Virus record (IMG/VR): IMGVR_UViG_3300029911_000001
Coordinates: 124,001 to 188,000 of that record
Length of the DNA: 64,000 bases
Reading direction: 5' to 3' (one strand)
Position numbers and translations under genes: made by a program. Positions 10,191-19,066 of the stretch are shown in pieces (position 1 is the first letter of the stretch; the number at the start of each line of letters is the position of its first letter). The notes beneath the pieces were generated by a model, which saw nothing but the letters and a program-made list of their open reading frames with translations, made no database searches and had not been told where the DNA came from.

Positions 10191-11249
10191 GTGGCAAACG
10201 ATAAGGGCTTCTACCGTCGTCGGAGAGGCATATATGAACACATGGAAGTAGGAGCACTAGGGTGGCTTGACGTTGCCATTCACGACTGGCTGTGTGGTAA
10301 CGCACGAGCCATTATGAATAGTGGAAAATGCCCTGCGGGTGTGTGGATTGGTTCCGTCACCATGATGTGGGACAGGGCCGGTCGCGACCCCGATGTACCC
10401 CTTCGCAAGCTTCAGAGGCATGTTTTGAAGTTGGAAAAACAGGGCTACTTCAAGCGATTTGCTATCAACAAAACCACCCATGCATACGTAATTGACAAGC
10501 TAATTGTGCAGGACTTGACGCGAACTGACTACGTGGTAAACGCAAAAGAAACAACAGATTGGCGTCACCCAAAATATGACGTTGACGTTGAAGTGACGTC
10601 CAATCGACGTACAGATGACGTTGACGTGACGTTCAAGCGACGTACAGATGACGTACAGCCATGCTCCATTAATGAGAAGGAAGAGAAGGAAGATACGTTA
10701 GAGACGAGCGAAACGGACGAAACGGGGGGTAAGCCTAGCTTACCTGTCGCCGTCCCTAAAGCCCCTGTTCAGACCAAACTTAAGACCGTTGGAGACATGC
10801 CTGATTCATACTTTGAGTCGGAGCCCGATATGTCTGGGTGGTCTTCGACTAAGAAGCAAGCGTGGTACACCGAAAAGAACCGTCGTGCGGAGAGAGTTAA
10901 GTTCGTATTAGCGAATTCTTCTGTAGATGAGTCCGACGAGGAAAACGAAGGGGGTTATGCCGGTCTGGATGACATTCGTGATTGGCATGAGACTAAGTTT
11001 GGAGTATCCGGTGAGCGTTTGCGTAACTGCATTATTTATCATTTGGACTACTCCGACCGGGAATATTTCCGTAAGGAACCTATCACCCCCGCTTCTATGA
11101 ACCGTATCAAGTTCGTCAACCTGCTCAACGAGAATACGCCTATCGGCTGGACTCCTGAGAAGCACAGGACCTACAAGCGTAGACCTAAGGTGGAAGTGCC
11201 CTCAGCCCCTGCTGAACCCTCGAAGTACCAGCCTAAGGAAATCATATGA
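10191..11249 (+). CDS. Putative replication initiator (lambda O-like architecture)
   Basis: GTG start with RBS GGAGTAGG; lies between helicase and DnaC-like loader; N-terminal wHTH-like region followed by an internal phased repeat. Confidence 0.6.
   Translation: MANDKGFYRRRRGIYEHMEVGALGWLDVAIHDWLCGNARAIMNSGKCPAGVWIGSVTMMWDRAGRDPDVPLRKLQRHVLKLEKQGYFKRFAINKTTHAYVIDKLIVQDLTRTDYVVNAKETTDWRHPKYDVDVEVTSNRRTDDVDVTFKRRTDDVQPCSINEKEEKEDTLETSETDETGGKPSLPVAVPKAPVQTKLKTVGDMPDSYFESEPDMSGWSSTKKQAWYTEKNRRAERVKFVLANSSVDESDEENEGGYAGLDDIRDWHETKFGVSGERLRNCIIYHLDYSDREYFRKEPITPASMNRIKFVNLLNENTPIGWTPEKHRTYKRRPKVEVPSAPAEPSKYQPKEII
10584..10660 (+). repeat. Seven tandem 11-bp units starting GACGT (iteron-like)
   Basis: GACGT at 10584, 10595, 10606, 10617, 10628, 10639, 10650; CGACGTACAGATGACGT exact at 10605 and 10638. 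Confidence 0.85.
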
Positions 11250-12046
11250 TTGACAAGACCCACTGGAAAGCTCACGTCCACGACGCTGTTATGTTTGGCG
11301 ACCATATCTGCCCTCTCTGTGACGGGGTAGGTATGGTCGCAATCGACAAGGATGACTTCCCCTGCGACTGCATCGAACTGAAGTGGAAGAAGAAGCGGAT
11401 TGAATCAATTCTCCCCCTCCGCTATCAGCGGTGCAATCTCTACACGATACAACCCTCAACCAACAGCAAGCTCCCCCTTGAACGTCAGAGGTCTCTTATC
11501 GAACATCTCTCCAAAGTGGAGAACAGGAATAAGGGTTACTTCCTGTATGGTGAGCCGGGTACCTCGAAGACTACTCTTGCTGCTGCTCTGGTGCGTAATG
11601 CTATCGAGCGTGATTGGGATACATGGTTCTACAAGAACGGAGTTTACCAGAAGTGGGACAGGTCTCTCTGGATTCGCTACGTCAACTGGGATAACCTTAT
11701 CGGTCAATACCTCGCCTACCAGAACGACCGGGAGGCTCCACCACCTACGGTAACCGCCCAGTTGATTCAGGACGCGGCAGCAGAAGGTAGGCGTCCTGTG
11801 CTCTGTATCGAAGAGTTGGACAAGTCCAAGCTGACTCAGTACAAGGCCAACAAGCTGTTCGACCTTGTACAAGCGATGGACGCTGCGATGGGGCAACTCA
11901 TCATCACGACGAACTACCGCACCATGGAAGAGTTCGAAGCGTTCCTGTACAAGACCGACGACGAGACCATTAACCTCACCGGGGAGCCGGTGTGGCGTCG
12001 GATTATGGATAACTGTTCCTTTATCCCGTTCGAAATACCTAAGTGA
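11246..12046 (+). CDS. DnaC/IstB-like AAA+ helicase loader
   Basis: N-terminal CPLC...CDC Zn site; Walker A variant GEPGTSKT; Walker B LCIEE; LIITTN; RRI sensor. Confidence 0.8.
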   Translation: MIDKTHWKAHVHDAVMFGDHICPLCDGVGMVAIDKDDFPCDCIELKWKKKRIESILPLRYQRCNLYTIQPSTNSKLPLERQRSLIEHLSKVENRNKGYFLYGEPGTSKTTLAAALVRNAIERDWDTWFYKNGVYQKWDRSLWIRYVNWDNLIGQYLAYQNDREAPPPTVTAQLIQDAAAEGRRPVLCIEELDKSKLTQYKANKLFDLVQAMDAAMGQLIITTNYRTMEEFEAFLYKTDDETINLTGEPVWRRIMDNCSFIPFEIPK

Positions 12047-12301
12047 AGAAAGGGAATCAATCGCGTATTGAGAAGTATGGCGTCTCACCAGAACACCTAA
12101 GCTATCTAAGTAAATTTAAATCCCAATAACAATGGTAAAACTCATTTTTACAACTCACGATTTACCCAGTCTTACTGTGAGAACTGGAAATTGAGATAAA
12201 TCACCTGTGAAACCAGTCTGCCAATATCTGGTTCCTAGATACCAGCGAGTCACAGAACTCGCGACAACACAAGATACAAATCAAAGGAAAACGCTACGCC
12301 G

Positions 12302-15300
12302 ATGTCAATTAAGGCCCTGCAATCTTACACGTTCCATTCGAAGTATGCCCGTTACAACCCTGAGCTAAAACGACGCGATACATGGTCAGAATCAAATGAT
12401 CGTGTGCTCAACATGCACCTGAGTCGCTATCCACAAATTGCCGAGGAACTGAACTGGGCATTCGAACAATCCAAAGCCAAGCGGGTACTTGGGAGCCAAC
12501 GGGCTCTCCAGTATGCTGGTACACCCGTGCTCCGCAAGCACGCTCGTGTTTACAATTGCACTGTCTCCTACTGCGACCGTCTCCGCTTCTTCCAAGAATC
12601 CCTATGGTTATTGCTGTGTGGCTCTGGTGTAGGGTTCTCCGTTCAGAAGCACCACGTTGCCAAACTGCCTGACTTCCTCGAAGGCCGTCAGTTGGGCGTC
12701 CCACAGCGTGAAGTTGAGTTCTACATCCCCGATGACATCGAGGGATGGGCTGATGCTCTCGGCAACCTGCTTGCCACGTACTTCCCTCACCCGGATTACC
12801 CGGAGTGTGCGGGTGCGAACATCAAGTTCAATTACAGCCTCATCCGTCCGAAGGGCTCCAAGCTTTCGTCCGGTGTAGGTAAGGCACCCGGCCCCGAACC
12901 ACTGGCTAAGTCACTGGAAGCCATCCGTGGACTCCTCGACCGCTGCTTGGCTGATGGACAGGCTCGTCTCCGTTCCATCGACGCCTACGACGTTGTGATG
13001 CACGCCAGCGATGCCGTGCTCTCAGGTGGCGTCCGTCGCTCAGCGACCATCTGCATCTTCTCGCCGGACGATGATTTGATGGCACGTGCCAAAATTGGCG
13101 ACTGGTACTACACCAACCCGCAGCGTGGCCGTTCCAACAACTCCGCGATGCTCGTGCGTAGCGCAACCAGCCGTGAAGACTTTCATGGACTAATGGGGTG
13201 GGTTAAGCAGTTTGGGGAACCGGGCTTTGTGTGGTCGGACTCCACTGAGATGATGTTTAATCCTTGTTTTCATCCTGAGGAAAGAATCTCCACCATAAAT
13301 GGGATGGAACGGCTGATTGATATGTTCCATACAGGTCAACCTAATCAGGTAGCTTATGATTCCCGTGCAGGTAAGTCCGATGAGCTTGACCTCAATCGCA
13401 AGGGGATTCAACTGTCCTCGGCATCAAAGGTCAAACTTACCCAAACTCAGGCCCCCTTGTTTCAGTTGAACACTGAGCATGGCCACACCCTCAGGGTCAC
13501 CGAGAACCACGAATTTCCGACCTTACGGGGGAGGCTGAAGCTAAGCTCTCTGGTACCCGGAGATACACTCCTACTCCCCTCGGCGGAACTCCCCTTTGGT
13601 AAGGACGGCTCGTTCGCCGCAGGTTTGGTACTCGGACTTATCACCGGGGACGGCTTCGTCAGTGGTCATCAAGCCTTCGTGGACGTGTGGAAAGCTGACT
13701 TCGATGTCTTAGACACGGTAAAGGAGTACATTCACTCGCTTATCGAACAGGTTCCTAGCAACGCCAATGGTGTCCGTGAGTATACCCAGTTGGATTGGGT
13801 GAAGCAGGGGGAGGACAAACGCAGGATAGGCGGACTGCGTCTCTATCGGTTCTTGAGGGAGAACTTGAACATCGAAGACCCGGCGACGATCAAGGATAAT
13901 ATTCCTGAGTGTGTATGGCGTGGGTGTCGGGAGATGGTGGTGGGTTACCTACAAGGACTTATGTTTGCAGACGGTGGCTTGAATCTGAGTGACCACAAAA
14001 AAGTACCTACTTTCTCTTGGCGACTTAACCAGAGCAATGAAGCCCTGCTGGTAGAGGTGCAGAGGTTGTTCGCGATGTTCGCGGTGGTTTCGAGGGTAAC
14101 TCCGCGTAGAAAGGCGGGGCGAACCCTTCTTCCCGATGGGCGCGGTGGCTCTAAACTCTATGCTACCAAAGACAACTTCGAACTCATTTTGAATCGACCT
14201 AATAGTATTAGGGCATACGAGGTCGTAGGGTGTTTCGGTCGCAAGAAGGATATCCTTCAGTCTCTGATGGGGTACTGTGGGACAAATTGTCGTAAACCGG
14301 AACGATTCATTACCAAAGTAAAATCCATCACACCTTGTGGTGTGTCCGATGTGTACTGCCTTACTCAATACACTTCCAACACCGTCATAGCAAATGGTTT
14401 GGTTACGGGTCAGTGTGTTGAAATTGGCATGTACCCGGTCGATGTCACCACTGGTCTCAGCGGATGGGCGTTCTGCAATCTCTGCGAAATCAATGGCAAG
14501 AAGTGCAAGACCAAGGAAGACTTCGCTATCGCTGCTAGGGCTGCTGCCATCATCGGCACGGCACAGGCTGGCTACACCGACTTCGAATACCTTGGTCAGA
14601 CTACCAAGAACATCGCCGACCGTGAGGCCCTTCTGGGTGTCAGCATCACCGGCATGATGGACTCGCCGGAGATTCTCTTCGACCCTAAAATTCAGCGTGA
14701 GATGGCACAGCTTGTTGTCGCCACCAACAAGGAAATCGCGGCGAAGATTGGTATCCGTCAGGCAGCACGTTGCACTTGCGTGAAGCCAGCCGGAACCACG
14801 TCCTGCATCCTCGGCACATCGAGCGGTATTCACGCTCACCACTCCAAGCGTTACATCCGCCGCGTTCAAGCCAACATGCTGGAAGCTCCATACCAGTTCT
14901 TGGCTGAGAAGAACCCGCGTGCGGTGGAGAAGAGCGTGTGGTCGAAGAATGGCACCGACTCGGTGATTGCATTTTGTATCGAGACGGCTGAAGGTGCTCG
15001 TACCCGCAAGGATATGACCGCCATCAAGCTGCTTGAGCATGTACGTTTGACGCAGAACAACTGGGTGGAAGCTGGCCGCAATGCTGAGCTTTGCACACAA
15101 CCCTATCTTCGTCACAACGTGTCGAACACCATCAACGTCCGCCCTGATGAATGGGACGAGGTTGAAGCCTACATCTACGAGCACCGTCAGGATTTCGCGG
15201 GTGTGTCCTTGCTTTCTAGCACGGGTGACCTTGATTATCCTCAGGCTCCCTTCAGTGCCATTCACACCCCGGCTGAAATCGTCAAGCTGTATGGCGACGG

Positions 15301-15724
15301 AAGCTTGATGGCTTCGGGTCTTATTGTCGATGGCCTCGCGGCGTTCGATAACAACCTATGGTTGGCTTGCGACTACGTGAACGGTGTCAACAAGCTGGAG
15401 TGCCCGGAACCGGTGGCAGTTGTTGACGATAACGGTAATGAGATTCACCCCACGGAAATCGAGATGGCTGAACGTGAGGAAGTCTTCAAGTGTGCTGTGA
15501 AGCGTGACTGGATTCGTCGTGCTCATCAGTTCTCTGACCGCTACTTCGAGGGCGACCGTAAGCTCATGAGTTACTGCCTGAAGGAAGTTCACAACTGGAA
15601 GTATTGGTGCGACCTTCAGCGTGAGTACGTCGATGTAGACTACAAAGACCTCATCGAAGAAGAAGACAACACCAAGATTCAGGACACGGTAGCTTGCGCT
15701 GGAGGTGTGTGTAGTTTTATGTAG
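12302..15724 (+). CDS. nrdJ: Class II (B12-dependent) ribonucleotide reductase with intein
   Basis: NCT, LLCGSGVGFS, GGVRRSA, NP/CVEI active site split by the intein, CVKPAGT, C-terminal CAGGVC; no class I Tyr-Tyr pair and no adjacent beta subunit. Confidence 0.85.
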   Translation: MSIKALQSYTFHSKYARYNPELKRRDTWSESNDRVLNMHLSRYPQIAEELNWAFEQSKAKRVLGSQRALQYAGTPVLRKHARVYNCTVSYCDRLRFFQESLWLLLCGSGVGFSVQKHHVAKLPDFLEGRQLGVPQREVEFYIPDDIEGWADALGNLLATYFPHPDYPECAGANIKFNYSLIRPKGSKLSSGVGKAPGPEPLAKSLEAIRGLLDRCLADGQARLRSIDAYDVVMHASDAVLSGGVRRSATICIFSPDDDLMARAKIGDWYYTNPQRGRSNNSAMLVRSATSREDFHGLMGWVKQFGEPGFVWSDSTEMMFNPCFHPEERISTINGMERLIDMFHTGQPNQVAYDSRAGKSDELDLNRKGIQLSSASKVKLTQTQAPLFQLNTEHGHTLRVTENHEFPTLRGRLKLSSLVPGDTLLLPSAELPFGKDGSFAAGLVLGLITGDGFVSGHQAFVDVWKADFDVLDTVKEYIHSLIEQVPSNANGVREYTQLDWVKQGEDKRRIGGLRLYRFLRENLNIEDPATIKDNIPECVWRGCREMVVGYLQGLMFADGGLNLSDHKKVPTFSWRLNQSNEALLVEVQRLFAMFAVVSRVTPRRKAGRTLLPDGRGGSKLYATKDNFELILNRPNSIRAYEVVGCFGRKKDILQSLMGYCGTNCRKPERFITKVKSITPCGVSDVYCLTQYTSNTVIANGLVTGQCVEIGMYPVDVTTGLSGWAFCNLCEINGKKCKTKEDFAIAARAAAIIGTAQAGYTDFEYLGQTTKNIADREALLGVSITGMMDSPEILFDPKIQREMAQLVVATNKEIAAKIGIRQAARCTCVKPAGTTSCILGTSSGIHAHHSKRYIRRVQANMLEAPYQFLAEKNPRAVEKSVWSKNGTDSVIAFCIETAEGARTRKDMTAIKLLEHVRLTQNNWVEAGRNAELCTQPYLRHNVSNTINVRPDEWDEVEAYIYEHRQDFAGVSLLSSTGDLDYPQAPFSAIHTPAEIVKLYGDGSLMASGLIVDGLAAFDNNLWLACDYVNGVNKLECPEPVAVVDDNGNEIHPTEIEMAEREEVFKCAVKRDWIRRAHQFSDRYFEGDRKLMSYCLKEVHNWKYWCDLQREYVDVDYKDLIEEEDNTKIQDTVACAGGVCSFM
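13265..14413 (+). mobile_element. 383-aa intein with LAGLIDADG homing endonuclease
   Basis: Starts CFHPEE, block B TENHEF, LGLITGDG and LQGLMFADG motifs, ends ANGLVTGQ|C; removal restores NPCVEI. Confidence 0.92.
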
Positions 15725-15792
15725 AGGGGGGTTCAGTGAACAACTTTGACCTACTAATTATCTGACTATTCAAAGACCCCCGTAGATTTGCT

Positions 15793-16095
15793 TTGGTGCC
15801 ATTTTCTAGCCATCCCGGTGAGACAAATCCTTTCTTTGGAAAGACCCACACTGATGAGGCTAAGAAATCTATCTCCCTAAAGAACAAAGGGAGGGTGGTG
15901 ACAACTATCCTTAGAAAGATTCGAGCAGAAAACGCAAACGGTAGTAATAACTCACAGTATGGTAAACGCTTTAAATTTGTTACAGACGGTAACGTGACCA
16001 AGAAGCTCCCTATAGATGAGGTGGATGCCTTCTTGTCTAGTCATGATGAGTTCAGTCTGGGAAACCCCAAAAGGAAAGGGTTACATGGAAACTAA
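15793..16095 (+). pseudogene. NUMOD3-only homing endonuclease remnant
   Basis: GETNPFFGKTHTDEAKKSIS and GSNNSQYGK repeats with no nuclease domain. Confidence 0.65.
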
Positions 16096-16369
16096 CTTAG
16101 TTTTTTACATCACCAAGGTGGACGGCGGCGTAGTTGAGCAGCAGTTCACTATACCTGAGGATAAGGTGGAGGCTGTTATTCAGCAGCTTCTAGTTCAATA
16201 TGCTCAGGTAGGAGTTATGAAGAAGGACGGTAATAAGGTCACCCTCACTCCCGCCAGTCAGATTAAACTCGTTGAGTGCGATATTCCTTCGTTGGTTATC
16301 GCTGCACCTACTGACACCGCTCGTGCGGCTCAGGCAGCGGACGGCATCAGGAAGCTTACTCTCGTCTAA
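16085..16369 (+). CDS. Hypothetical protein
   Basis: ATG 16085 with RBS GGAAAGGG; followed by a terminator. Confidence 0.7.
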   Translation: METNLVFYITKVDGGVVEQQFTIPEDKVEAVIQQLLVQYAQVGVMKKDGNKVTLTPASQIKLVECDIPSLVIAAPTDTARAAQAADGIRKLTLV

Positions 16370-16388
16370 GTGTAGTTGAACAAAATGG

Positions 16389-16426
16389 AGACCGGCACGT
16401 CGCAACCGTGCCGGTCTTTTTGTTTT
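16389..16426 (+). terminator. Intrinsic terminator
   Basis: AGACCGGCACG/CGTGCCGGTCT stem plus T tract. Confidence 0.85.
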
Positions 16427-16453
16427 CCTGACTCATTAGCAGAGGAATACACC

Positions 16454-16687
16454 ATGGAAGAGAACCTTGAGATTGTCAACCCGCAGGAACTTCGTGAAGA
16501 ACAACTGCTTCGTCTAGTGGCTGTCTTCGTTCAACGCTTCGGTGGTGAGGTCACCCTCTCTGAGCGGGAGTTTGAGATGATGGAAGGTGCGGACATTTTT
16601 GCCAGTCACCCAGCCCCCGGCATCCTCAGGCTCCGCCTCTATGACGAGTGCTACGACATGGAAGAAACCTACTCCGAGACCGAGTAG
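16454..16687 (+). CDS. Small acidic hypothetical protein
   Basis: ATG with RBS AGAGGA. Confidence 0.65.
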   Translation: MEENLEIVNPQELREEQLLRLVAVFVQRFGGEVTLSEREFEMMEGADIFASHPAPGILRLRLYDECYDMEETYSETE

Positions 16688-16772
16688 CCGCCAAAATGGT
16701 TTTCCACATGTCAAGCACTATTTTCAAAGAAAAAATTTACTGAAATCAAAGGACTTGTCGCCGGGAACTTGG

Positions 16773-16803
16773 TGAAACCTCCCTGAAACCTCCCTGAAAC
16801 CTC
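16773..16803 (+). repeat. Tandem 11-bp repeat TGAAACCTCCC (2.8 copies)
   Basis: Read directly; just upstream of a TATAAT element. Confidence 0.85.
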
Positions 16804-16848
16804 ATGGTTTCAGCACTTTGCGCTGTACCCTCCTGTATAATAGAGGGT

Positions 16849-17655
16849 ATGAAGATAACGTTCAACAACAAGACTCATTGGCGGTCAGACCACATCCGGG
16901 CGTTCATTGCACATGAACTGAAGGATGAGCGTCCCGACCTGTGCAAGCGTGGAGCCCCGGCCCTGAAGGTGAAGGTCACCTACACCCGACGTGCTGGTTC
17001 CTCATATAGCTCCGGCTGTGCCTACCTCAACTCAAACTGGATGAACATCCGACTCAGCAAGCATACCCCGGACAAGGTGGAACTTGGTCATGTCATTGCT
17101 CATGAGCTTGCCCACACCCGTGGGATGAACCATGATAAGATGCGTGGGAACTCCCGCTACAGCCGTGTCGGCAGCTATCGTGAAGTCCATGCTTGGGCCA
17201 ACGACCTTCCCCTCGAACGAGTGGAGAAGAAGTCGAGGAAGAAGCCGGTTGACCTGAAGCTTACTCACGCTCAGAAGATGCTCAAGGCTGCACTGACGCG
17301 GGAGAAGCGTGCCATCACCCTCCGCAAGAAATGGGCGGCTAAGGTGAAGTATTACACCAAGAAAGGGGAGACTCCCCGAGTCGTCAACTCTAACCCCTTC
17401 CGTCAAACCCTCGGTGAGTGGGTCGAAGCACGAGGCTTTCGACTGGAGGGTAGTGTAGGCGACTACGAGGTCTCCGCACCGGATGGCTTCAACTTGGGCG
17501 ATGGAACCCACAGCCGGTTATGCACAAACGCTGCTGATGTTCGGACTATGGTAGATTCGTTCTGCCTTCAACTCTGCTCGGAAGGCTGTGACTGCATGGA
17601 AAACAACACTGACCAAACTACGACCGACGACGGTATACTGGAGGTAACATGCTAA
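16849..17655 (+). CDS. HExxH zinc metallopeptidase-like protein (SprT/zincin-like)
   Basis: GHVIAHELAHTRGMNH; ATG 16849 just after TATAAT and GAGGG. Confidence 0.65.
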   Translation: MKITFNNKTHWRSDHIRAFIAHELKDERPDLCKRGAPALKVKVTYTRRAGSSYSSGCAYLNSNWMNIRLSKHTPDKVELGHVIAHELAHTRGMNHDKMRGNSRYSRVGSYREVHAWANDLPLERVEKKSRKKPVDLKLTHAQKMLKAALTREKRAITLRKKWAAKVKYYTKKGETPRVVNSNPFRQTLGEWVEARGFRLEGSVGDYEVSAPDGFNLGDGTHSRLCTNAADVRTMVDSFCLQLCSEGCDCMENNTDQTTTDDGILEVTC

Positions 17656-17948
17656 AACCTCGCTTTGACGAGACCATGAAGGGTCATCTCAAGACCCTCA
17701 GCCGTAGCAAGCCCACCTTGAAGTGCTCCAAGCACACCAAGTACAACCCTGCTCATGGTCGGGGAGCCATCACTGGCTCATGTAAAGGGTGCGAGGCTGC
17801 ACTGGAAGCCTATGAGGCGTTCATCGGGCTACGACAAGCCGTTGCCAAATACCTGACGTTGATTGAACCATACGAGACCGCTAAACCCCGGAGTAAGCAG
17901 TTGGTATCTGCCACTTCGACTACTCTACCTTATTTGCTGAAGATGTAG
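17649..17948 (+). CDS. Small Zn-binding hypothetical protein
   Basis: CSKH...CKGC; RBS GGAGG. Confidence 0.65.
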   Translation: MLKPRFDETMKGHLKTLSRSKPTLKCSKHTKYNPAHGRGAITGSCKGCEAALEAYEAFIGLRQAVAKYLTLIEPYETAKPRSKQLVSATSTTLPYLLKM

Positions 17949-17976
17949 TACACTCACCCGGACAGGAGTCTGACTG

Positions 17977-18579
17977 ATGACATTTGATAGGTACGGACGT
18001 AAACTGAAGAGACGCCGGACGTGGAAGGCTCTACCCCTACTCTGGATTGGTGCAGCAGTGGTAGGAGCCGCCATTGCCGCCCCGACATGCAGCAAGTTCA
18101 TCCCGACCACGACCGTGACCAAGGTGAAGAACCGTGTGAGTAAGACCACGGCAGACGCTTGGGCGAAGTGGCGTATCGCCCACCCCAACTGGAAGCCCAA
18201 TCCCAAGGTCGTTAGACCAAAGTACAAGATGACGACTCAGGAAGCTGTAGCTAAGGTAGAGTTCGCTTGCCAAGCTACTATTCTCGATGTGACCCCGCCA
18301 GAGATTCAACTGGATACGGTCTCGCCGCCCACCATTGAGTTGGCCCTGACCCCGGTCGAGCCTCCGCCTGTCACCCCTGATGTGGTAACCGACACTACGC
18401 CGGACACGCCTCCGGACACGCCCCTGACGCCTGTGCTGTTCACTGCACTGTCCTCACCGCCCACGCTCATCCCCTCGTCGCCCCTTGCCCCCACTCCTGA
18501 GCCGGGAAGCCTGTGGCTGATGGGCACTGGTTTGCTCTTCGTCGCAGCCGGTGTGCAGTATCAGAAAAGAAAAGTGTAG
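17977..18579 (+). CDS. PEP-CTERM sorting-domain protein
   Basis: C-terminus TPEPGSLWLMGTGLLFVAAGVQYQKRKV (PEP, TM helix, basic tail); N-terminal hydrophobic segment; Pro/Thr-rich linker. Confidence 0.8.
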   Translation: MTFDRYGRKLKRRRTWKALPLLWIGAAVVGAAIAAPTCSKFIPTTTVTKVKNRVSKTTADAWAKWRIAHPNWKPNPKVVRPKYKMTTQEAVAKVEFACQATILDVTPPEIQLDTVSPPTIELALTPVEPPPVTPDVVTDTTPDTPPDTPLTPVLFTALSSPPTLIPSSPLAPTPEPGSLWLMGTGLLFVAAGVQYQKRKV

Positions 18580-18619
18580 CGTTTTTCTGACAACCGTGTA
18601 TTATAGGTTCATACCACAT

Positions 18620-18800
18620 TGGCTTAGCAAGCTACAGCTTCGAGGTATCAGACTTACGGGGTCGATGTGGAGTAAGGCCCCGGAAACCCTTTGTGGAAGT
18701 AGAAGCTGGCACTGTCAGGGCACCGGGGACAGCAAACCCCTCAAGCCGACGAAAGACTCAGGGAACGGTAGCAACCCGGACTGACCCACAAAGCTAATTG
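18620..18800 (+). ncRNA. Candidate structured ncRNA, family unknown; strand assumed
   Basis: No ORF; long-range CTTTGTGG(18689)/CCACAAAG(18786) pairing enclosing several hairpins; TATTAT at 18599. Confidence 0.4.
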
Positions 18801-18821
18801 AAGAAATTCGAAAAATAGTTG

Positions 18822-18849
18822 TTGCAGTTTTCCCAATTTGTAGTATCTT
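18822..18849 (+). promoter_or_regulatory. Sigma70-like promoter of tRNA operon 1
   Basis: TTGCAG-16 nt-TATCTT. Confidence 0.55.
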
Positions 18850-18869
18850 ATTCAAGAGGACATTTTCAC

Positions 18870-18998
18870 ATGAACAGCACTCGCTCCAACTCGACCGTAG
18901 CCGTAGCCCCCGCAGTAGCGGTCGGCGTCGTGCGTGTCGCAGCCGCCGCTGAAGATTGCGCGGGAGGCGAGATGCTGGCCTTGGGTGGTGGAAACTAA
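18870..18998 (+). CDS. 42-aa attenuator-like leader peptide (Val/Ala/Gly/Glu/Asp/Cys-rich)
   Basis: RBS AGAGGA; MNSTRSNSTVAVAPAVAVGVVRVAAAAEDCAGGEMLALGGGN*. Confidence 0.75.
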   Translation: MNSTRSNSTVAVAPAVAVGVVRVAAAAEDCAGGEMLALGGGN

Positions 18999-19053
18999 CT
19001 AAGTTAGAATCCAAACCAACCGAGGCCACCCTAACCGGGTGGCTTTCTTATTT
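18977..19053 (+). terminator. Overlapping antiterminator (18977-19027) and intrinsic terminator (19023-19053)
   Basis: Terminator AGGCCACCC-TAACC-GGGTGGCTT plus TCTTATTT; GGCCTTGG(18977) can pair with CCGAGGCC(19020). Confidence 0.8.
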
Positions 19054-19066
19054 GGTGGCAACAAAT

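Noticed and set aside
10578-10660. CRISPR array
   Set aside because: The units are contiguous 11-mers inside a CDS with no unique spacers. No cas genes are present, and the DinG-like gene has no type IV neighbours.
12050-12300. NrdR box or cobalamin riboswitch upstream of nrdJ
   Set aside because: Only short hairpins are present; no NrdR palindrome or B12-box consensus was recognised.
13949-15265. Long antisense ORFs here and at 38709..39623, 48293..49270 and 61845..62645
   Set aside because: These are shadow frames of GC3-rich sense genes (nrdJ, helicase, recA and others) with no motifs or RBS.
15736-15792. In-frame TGA in a possible 5' extension of the NUMOD3 ORF, suggesting stop-codon recoding
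   Set aside because: Long genes read through cleanly in code 11, TGA ends coupled genes, and no suppressor tRNA is seen.
18700-18760. SRP RNA (TGTCAGG...CAGC resemblance)
   Set aside because: It lacks the GNRA-capped helix-8 geometry (CAGG-UCC-GGAA-GGA-AGCAG).
18860-19060. T-box riboswitch (GGGTGG present near a terminator)
   Set aside because: No GGTGGNACCGCG T-box consensus and no Stem I/specifier loop. A translated uORF with RBS explains the layout better.
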